From: Octopus vulgaris
Lineage: Eukaryota
Assembly: GCA_951406725.2 (NCBI GenBank)
Contig: OX597826.1
Location: 30,132,001 to 30,196,000, forward strand
Reading direction: 5' to 3'
Length of the DNA: 64,000 nt
In this document: in pieces, positions 56,605 to 64,000 of the stretch
How the letters are laid out: the number at the start of each line of letters is the position of its first letter
Numbering within the stretch: the stretch's first letter is position 1
Translations under genes and position numbers: made by a program
The notes under the pieces: model-generated
What the model was told of the DNA's origin: nothing
Seen by the model: only the letters and a program-made list of their open reading frames with translations
Databases searched by the model: none

Positions 56605-56768
56605 AGATGGGCTTCTTTGAGTTTCCGCCTAGCAAATCCACTCACAAGAGTTTGGTCGGCCCGAGGCTATAGTAGAAGACAGTTGTCCAAGGTGCCACCC
56701 AGTGGGACCGAACACGGTACCATGTGGTTGAGAATCAAGCTTCTTAACTACACAGCCATGCATGCGCC
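56384..56768 (-). mobile_element. SINE family A
   Basis: ggagcaccgcctttagtcgaacaaatcgacc...ggtcggcccgaggctatagtagaagac...cacagccatg. Confidence 0.85.
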
Positions 56769-58222
56769 TAAAATGTCTGTTCGCAAATATCATAATGTTG
56801 ATTCCTCAATTAATCAAGTTTTTGTGTAAAGAATTACTTTCTCGATATTTATTTGTAACAGTTCTTTGGTGTTTCTTTTTAGACAATAAACGCATTTTCT
56901 TTATAAAAATTCATTAACCACATAATTATTTGTAATCAGTGTTTAAAGTTCCCTGTTTCAAATGCCTCTACACTAACTTTATTTTTTCATTTTTTTTTTC
57001 TTGCGAATGGCGTTGCCCCTCATATTTATTTTTTAACCCTTCAACCGCAAAATGAAAATAAATGGTTATTCCGGTAATGATGTTGAATATCTACCAATAA
57101 AACAGAATTGGTATTTTCTGCAAGTCACGTTGTCACAATAAACTTGACATATCTCAACAAAAAGTAGTGTTAAATTTGACATTCCTTAACAAAAGATAGA
57201 TTGCTATACAAAGATAAGGATAATGAAATTTTGAATGGATTTTTCTGATTTCCGCAGTCTAGTTTAGTGATTAACTGCCCTTGGGGAGGTCCTGTGCATG
57301 TAGACTTTCTTCAGTACCCTGACGTAGGTTATTGGAACTTCGGTTGCCATGACTAGACTTGGGATGAATATAGAAGTAGTTTCCTGTTGTCTTCTCCAGG
57401 CAGCTGGCATTTGAACCCAGAATATAGGAAGCCGGAAGATATTCCGTTACGTATATATGTCGATGGCCCAGCGATTCTACTCTTCGCCCACCGACAGACC
57501 AACATGAAAATAACGCGCCACCCTGACCAGAAATCGAACATACAACCTAGTGATCGTGAATTGAACACCGTAACCACTAAACTACTTGCCTTCAAGATTT
57601 CCTCAGTAAAAGGGTTAATAATTTCTAAAACTGGCATATACGTAAAATTTGGGGAAGAATGAAACTGTAGATTTTACCGATCTCATTATATTACTGCTAC
57701 TTATTTCATCAGTTTTATTCTTGCTTCATCGAAATATTGGTTGATCATTGTTGAGACAAACACTATTAGTTCCATTATCTTGTTCTATACGTCACTCACC
57801 AGCGCACTCGTTCACAGACAGAGCATGAAGACGGTGTAGAGTATAACAAAAAAAATATAAATAAATAAAAAAATAAAACACGTGATTGAATTTGTTTCAT
57901 GATGGTCTCAAATATCTTACTAACAGGAAAATCTTCAAAGCCGAATGGGATAAAGGTTTTAACGAAGAATGGCATAACATAATCCCATGTTAAGTTTAGT
58001 TTCAACATCAAAGCAAAGTTTGGGTGCAGCGTAGAATGTGGCGTGATGTGTGTGTGTGTATGCGTGTGTGTTTGCACGCATATATATATATGTGTATACA
58101 TGCATCGTTATATAAATATGCACATATTTATTTATACATATATATGCAGATATAGGTGTATAAGTACAGCCACACACACATCAATATATATGTGTATACA
58201 TCTACATATATCTATATAAACA

Positions 58223-58282
<60 letters not shown>

Positions 58283-58449
58283 CCATATATCTGGGTGCAT
58301 TGTGGGATAAAAAATATATCTATTACTATCGATCTCTCTATAAATGCATATATGTATATATGCGGGCACGTAGTGTCTGTGTGCTGGTAGTTACAGACAC
58401 GCGCACATATATACATATATACACATACATATGCGTACACATACATATA

Positions 58450-58540
<91 letters not shown>

Positions 58541-58664
58541 GAACACATACATAAATTATAATACGATGCATTCAAATATATATCGATACTTGAGTGGGTG
58601 TATATATATATATCTGTATATATACGTGTGTGTACATATTTATATTCATATATATATATAAATT

Positions 58665-58697
<33 letters not shown>

Positions 58698-59760
58698 TCG
58701 TCTTGTCTTGGTTTTTATTGTCCTTTCCCTCTAATATATATACATATACATATATAAATATATATATATATACACACACACACATATATATATGAATGCA
58801 TATTCATACATATATATGTGTATATATTAAAAATATATGCATACATATATACATACACATATATGTATGTATGTATGTATATATATATATATATATACTT
58901 AAGCGTATACATACATGCACCCCACTACACACATATACACTCATATGTATGTATATACGTATGTTCCAATATAGCTTTTAGATGTAGACTCTTTTATTAT
59001 CTGACAGAATGAATTGGCCAACCAATCTTATGCTGTTGTTTATATTTACTTTTTTGTTGTCTATATTGTTAAAATTATTGTTGTTCTTGCTGCTGTTGTT
59101 TTTGTCTTTGTATTTTTGATGGTTTTTCTGTTCATCTTTTTATACTTAGTCTATGTCAGACATCAGACAACTTGCTTAGTGTTACCCCACCTCTAACTGC
59201 CACCCACCATATGTGACTGCCGCTGCTGCCACCACCGTGCAGCCCCCGCCGCCCCCCACCAGCACCATCAGCACAACCACCACAACAATCCCCCGTCATC
59301 ACCACTGTCACCATTACTTCCGTCATCACTAACCCTGCCTCCGAAATGCTAACAGTATTCTACGATTTGGAGGTTCGTTCCCAGACGCATGCACCTCCAG
59401 CATAAGTGCACACGCACACACATACACAAAACACATACATACATACACACACAGACACACGCACATACACAAATACATGCACACATACATGTATATATGC
59501 ATAATACATATATGCATGTATGCATGTGAATATATATATATATGTGTGTGTATGTTCGTGTGTGTGTGTGTATACACACACACGAACATACACACACATA
59601 TATAGACTCCCATACAAGCTAAAACACACCGATTGATTACCCTCTCCCGTATACACGCAACTACCCAGTCGTTTTCTACACAAAAGCGATATGTAATAGA
59701 CAATGACGAATCACTTATTACTTTTTTAATGTCCGCCTGTGTTTTGACAATGAAAGACAA

Positions 59761-59920
<160 letters not shown>

Positions 59921-60061
59921 TGTCTGTCTATCTATCTCTCTATCTATATATGTATCTATCTATCTGTCTGTCTATATATCTACCTTTCTATCAATCAACC
60001 AATCAATCATACCTACCAACCTACTTAACTACCTACGGTTATGCATACATTTATTCGTGTG

Positions 60062-60134
<73 letters not shown>

Positions 60135-60203
60135 CATTCATAAACACACACACAAACGTGTGTATTCGTGTGTGTGCGTATATATATATATATATACATA
60201 CAT

Positions 60204-60267
<64 letters not shown>

Positions 60268-60728
60268 CTATGTATATATATTATTTGCACACACACGCAT
60301 ACACATATATTTATGTACACACGTATACATGCATACATACATACACGCACATACAAATTTTGAAATAAGGTTATTATTTTAAAGCACTTTTAACGAATAT
60401 TAAACCAAACATTTACTGATTGTCTAACTCGAGAGCGATATTAGATTGTGAAGAGCGACTAGAAATACCGGAGGGGAAACAATTAGCGAGAGGCAGAAGG
60501 ACAGGCAGGATGGTCAGTGTTGGACTTGATGTGTATGTGTGTGTGTGTATGTGTCTGTGTATGTGTGTGTGTGTGTGTGTGTTTATGTGTGTGTGTGTGC
60601 GTGTGTGTGTGTGTGTGTGTGGACTGTTGAACACAAAATGGACGATGGAAGGAATAAGATGAGTGAGTTGGCATGGCCTTAGCGGGAATGGCAGGAAATT
60701 AGCCACCTCTGAAGAGCAGAGGCCATTG

Positions 60729-61925
60729 TATCAGGTCATTAAGAATGAAACGTCCGATTTTCTTACACACCAAGCTTGACAGTTGTTAACTCTAATGTTT
60801 TATCCTAACAATTCTTTGTTTTACAACATGGAAGAGTTACATAATCACTTTTCGAAATGCAATTCATGGTGTCTGGTTATATTATGAGTTTTTCTCTTGT
60901 AAATCAATTTTTGTGAACACATGGAGAAATCAAAAATTCGTGTTGTTTATGAATATGCGTTCAGTCGTGGAACCAATGCACCCAAGACAGTTCGAACCAT
61001 CAATGAGGTGTTTGATAAAGATTTGCTGAATGAACGCACTGTACGTCGATGGTTTGAGAAGTTCCGGTCTGGTGACTTCACTCTTGAAAATCATCCCCGT
61101 GTTAGATCTGAGACCAAGGTGGATAATGATGAGCTGGAAACTGTAGTGGAAGCAGCTACATCTCAAGCTACGTGTGAGTTAGCATCAAGGTTTGATGTTT
61201 CGATTCCAACTGTATTGGACCATCTGAAACAAATCGGCAAAGTATCTGGACAAGTGGGTATCACACGAACTGAACGAATATCGAATGTCACATCGCCTTG
61301 TAACTTGCCGTTCTTTGATGTCACGCCTTAAAAGCGAACCACTTTTGCATCGTATTATTACATGTGGTGAAAAACGGATCCTTTTCAACAATAGCAAGTG
61401 TTCTGCACAGTGATTGGATAGAGACAAAGTGCCAAAACACAATCCCTAAAAAAGAATTTTCACCAAAAGGGCTAATGGTGCCTGTTTGGTGGTCCAGCAC
61501 TGGTATCATTCACTACAGCTTCATAAGTCAATTACAGCGGATGTATACATCAACCAGTTGGATGAAATAATGAGTGAACTTGCAATTAAACAACCGAGAT
61601 TGTTCAATAGAGACAGGTCAATTCTCTGGCAAGATAATGCTTGACCACATGTTGCACAAAGAATGCTACTCAAGTTACAAGAACTGAACTTGGAAGTACT
61701 CCATCATCTACCATATTCACCAGACCTTGCACCAACTGACTATCACATTTTCCAGACATAAGACAACTTTTTGCTAGGAAAACAGCTTCAAATCTGAAGA
61801 AGATGCAAAAACAGCCTTTCGTGATTTCATCACCTCTGGCTCTCCAGTATTCTTCGCTGCCACCATAAATAAGCTACCGATAAAATGGCAAAGTTGTGTT
61901 GATAATTTGGGGGCATACTTTGATT

Positions 61926-61927
<2 letters not shown>
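60729..61927 (+). mobile_element. Decayed mariner (DD34D) transposon; transposase pseudogene 60921-61927
   Basis: HTH N-terminus (ERTVRRWFEKFRSGD), LDKWVSHEL, IITCGEKR, QDNA*PH, YSPDLAPTDYH with 34-residue D-D spacing, end GAYFD*; frameshifts and stops; putative 5' TIR ta-tcaggtcattaag; 3' TIR not evident. Confidence 0.93.
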
Positions 61928-61957
<30 letters not shown>

Positions 61958-62229
61958 CGTTGTAATACTTAATATGAACGTGTTTCTGTACGTGGCTCTT
62001 GTTAGTGGTGTTCTTGATGTTGTTTAGCCCTCGGTCTTTACTGGTTGAGAAAATTTATGAACAAAGGCATTCATATTTCGAGTAACGCGTCTCTCTCTAT
62101 ATATAAATGTGTGTGTGTGTGTGTGTGTACAAAGTTATAAGAATCGTCTTTTCCGTTTTTTCTTACTGAGTTCTGAGGAAAGGGGAAATGTCCATGGCCG
62201 TTGCAGGTAGTAAGTATGACACCGTTAAT

Positions 62230-62620
62230 AGTTCATTTAAAGTGTTGCAAGACATGAGCAGAGAGAATATTCAAGAGGGTAACGAGAGGTAGAAAGACGA
62301 GTGGTTCGGGGGTAACAGACAGGAGATGATATGAGACCAATTTGTTATGAGGGACAAATGCCACTATTGTAGCGATAGAAGAGAGAAAGAAGAAGCAGTA
62401 CGCCAGTAGGCCAGAGTTTGGTTTAATTCCAGTCAGTCGGGTAGCTCTTCTGTTGATGCAATGCACGGTTTCTGTGTGCGTAGCAGCACTGTCCTTGATG
62501 TGGGACCAATGCTTCTTTTCAGGCATTAATTGAATCGTGTAGAGTTTAAACATCGGTTGGGGGCAGAATTATTTTCTGGCCTTTAAGAGAAGGACCGGTT
62601 CTTGATAAGCGATACCATCT
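62230..62620 (-). mobile_element. CR1/L2/Jockey-group LINE RT C-terminal remnant
   Basis: LYTIQLMPEKKHWSHIKDSAATHTETVHCINRRATRL resembles LYKxxVRPxLEYCSHIWxxA...IQRRAxRL; SLFYRYNSG in another frame. Confidence 0.65.
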
Positions 62621-62815
62621 ATGTAAAAGATATGTGTTCACCTGTAGAGTAATTCAATAATAATGTTTTTTTTAGCAGATTGCTCCATTGTGTGGAAGGT
62701 CCGCCAATGCGTTGATGTGACATGGACTGAGTATTAAGAAATGTTCAGTGAACACAAAAATGTCTCTGTTGAAAACATATCAACGATTGATCCTTACATT
62801 TGCTTCATTATACAC

Positions 62816-62851
<36 letters not shown>

Positions 62852-63149
62852 CTATTGGCGGTTTTTAAACAATGGAAGACAAGGAAAATAAACGAAAGAT
62901 GATTGTGCAAGTCAGACAGGAAATAAAAATAAAAGTAAAAAAAAATAAAACGATAGAGTAATTAAAATCTAAAAATAAATTCTTTTTAGTTCAGTTTCCT
63001 GAAATGGCAGCTAAAAATAAGTTTTTTGAAAATTGATCTGAAGTCAATTGATTTGTTAAGTTTTAAAATTCGTAAAATGGCCGACTCAAATGACGAAAAC
63101 AACTCTTATTGCGAAATAGCAACATTAACAACTATAAGAACAATACCTG

Positions 63150-63315
63150 AAAATTTTCAGGGAAGGAGGCAGGTCGGCTACATCGACCTCCGTACTTCAC
63201 TGGTATCTTATTTTATCGTTTCCGAAAGGATAAAAAGTAAAGTCGATTTCGGTGGGGTTTGCGCTCAGGACGCAAATACGAATGGAAAAAATTTTAAGGC
63301 TTTATCCAAGCGTTG
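63150..63315 (-). mobile_element. SINE family B, diverged
   Basis: ctggtatcttattttatcgtttccgaaaggataaaaagtaaagtcgatttcgg. Confidence 0.7.
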
Positions 63316-63458
63316 AAAGTGGTAAACCCGGTGGTCTCGAAAAGCGGGTCCTCGTAAAGTGAGACATTAGTGTATATGGTAATATATGAGCAACAACATT
63401 TGCACGATTATGAAACTATCAAAATATCGTACAAGGGAGAGTCGGAAACAAGAAAGTG

Positions 63459-63545
<87 letters not shown>

Positions 63546-63724
63546 ATCGCAGCAACAGCAGTAGCAGCAGTAGTAGTAGTAGCAGGAATAGTTGTAGTAG
63601 TAGTAGTAACAGCAGCAGTAGTAGTAGTAGCAGCAGTAGTAGTAGTACCAGCTGCAGCAGAGTAGTAATAGTGGCAGCAGCAGCAGCAGTAGCAGTAGTA
63701 GTTGTAGTAGTAGTAGCAGCAGCA
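63459..63724. repeat. (AGT)n/(AGC)n microsatellite
   Basis: Direct reading. Confidence 0.97.
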
Positions 63725-64000
63725 GGAGCTACGATGTTGTTGCGGCCCCTGAATATGGTAAATAGAGAGAGCCAAGTTAATTAACATCTCAAGCGTGACG
63801 CAAACGACGCCGCAATGAGCGACCATTGAAGCTAAACTTGTTTACAGCCTTAATAAATGGTAAACAGATTGAGAAGTACGAGTGCACGCAATGGTTTCGT
63901 AGGTTGGGACAAACGGAGTCCCATCACAAACACCACCGTCGCATCGCCTTTGCCGCCGACGACGACGCCTCCGTCACCCCATCATCACCTCCGCCCTCGC

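Overview
AT-rich eukaryotic non-coding DNA with very dense microsatellites ((TA)n, (CA)n, (TATG)n, (TAA)n, (TAGA)n). The SINE families look like those of octopus/cephalopod genomes (inference from recognition, not a database result). I find no intact host gene, and nearly all listed ORFs are microsatellite or SINE read-throughs. Recognisable content: four tRNA-headed SINE families, a decayed DD34D mariner plus a second mariner fragment, LINE remnants (R4/Dong-like RLE end, RTE-like 3' end with tandem C2H2 fingers, CR1/L2-like RT), two non-autonomous Helitrons, and a 4.1 kb duplication ending at a 100-N gap. The most interesting signal is a set of short, mutually unrelated elements sitting in (TA)n tracts with inverted or tandem-plus-inverted architecture. 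Several carry minimal hammerhead-ribozyme motifs, including a U3-A8 covariant core. Others carry a shared unexplained ~43-nt motif or a SECIS-like hairpin. These fit Penelope-like pseudo-LTR or retrozyme-type remnants. All RNA structures were folded by eye.
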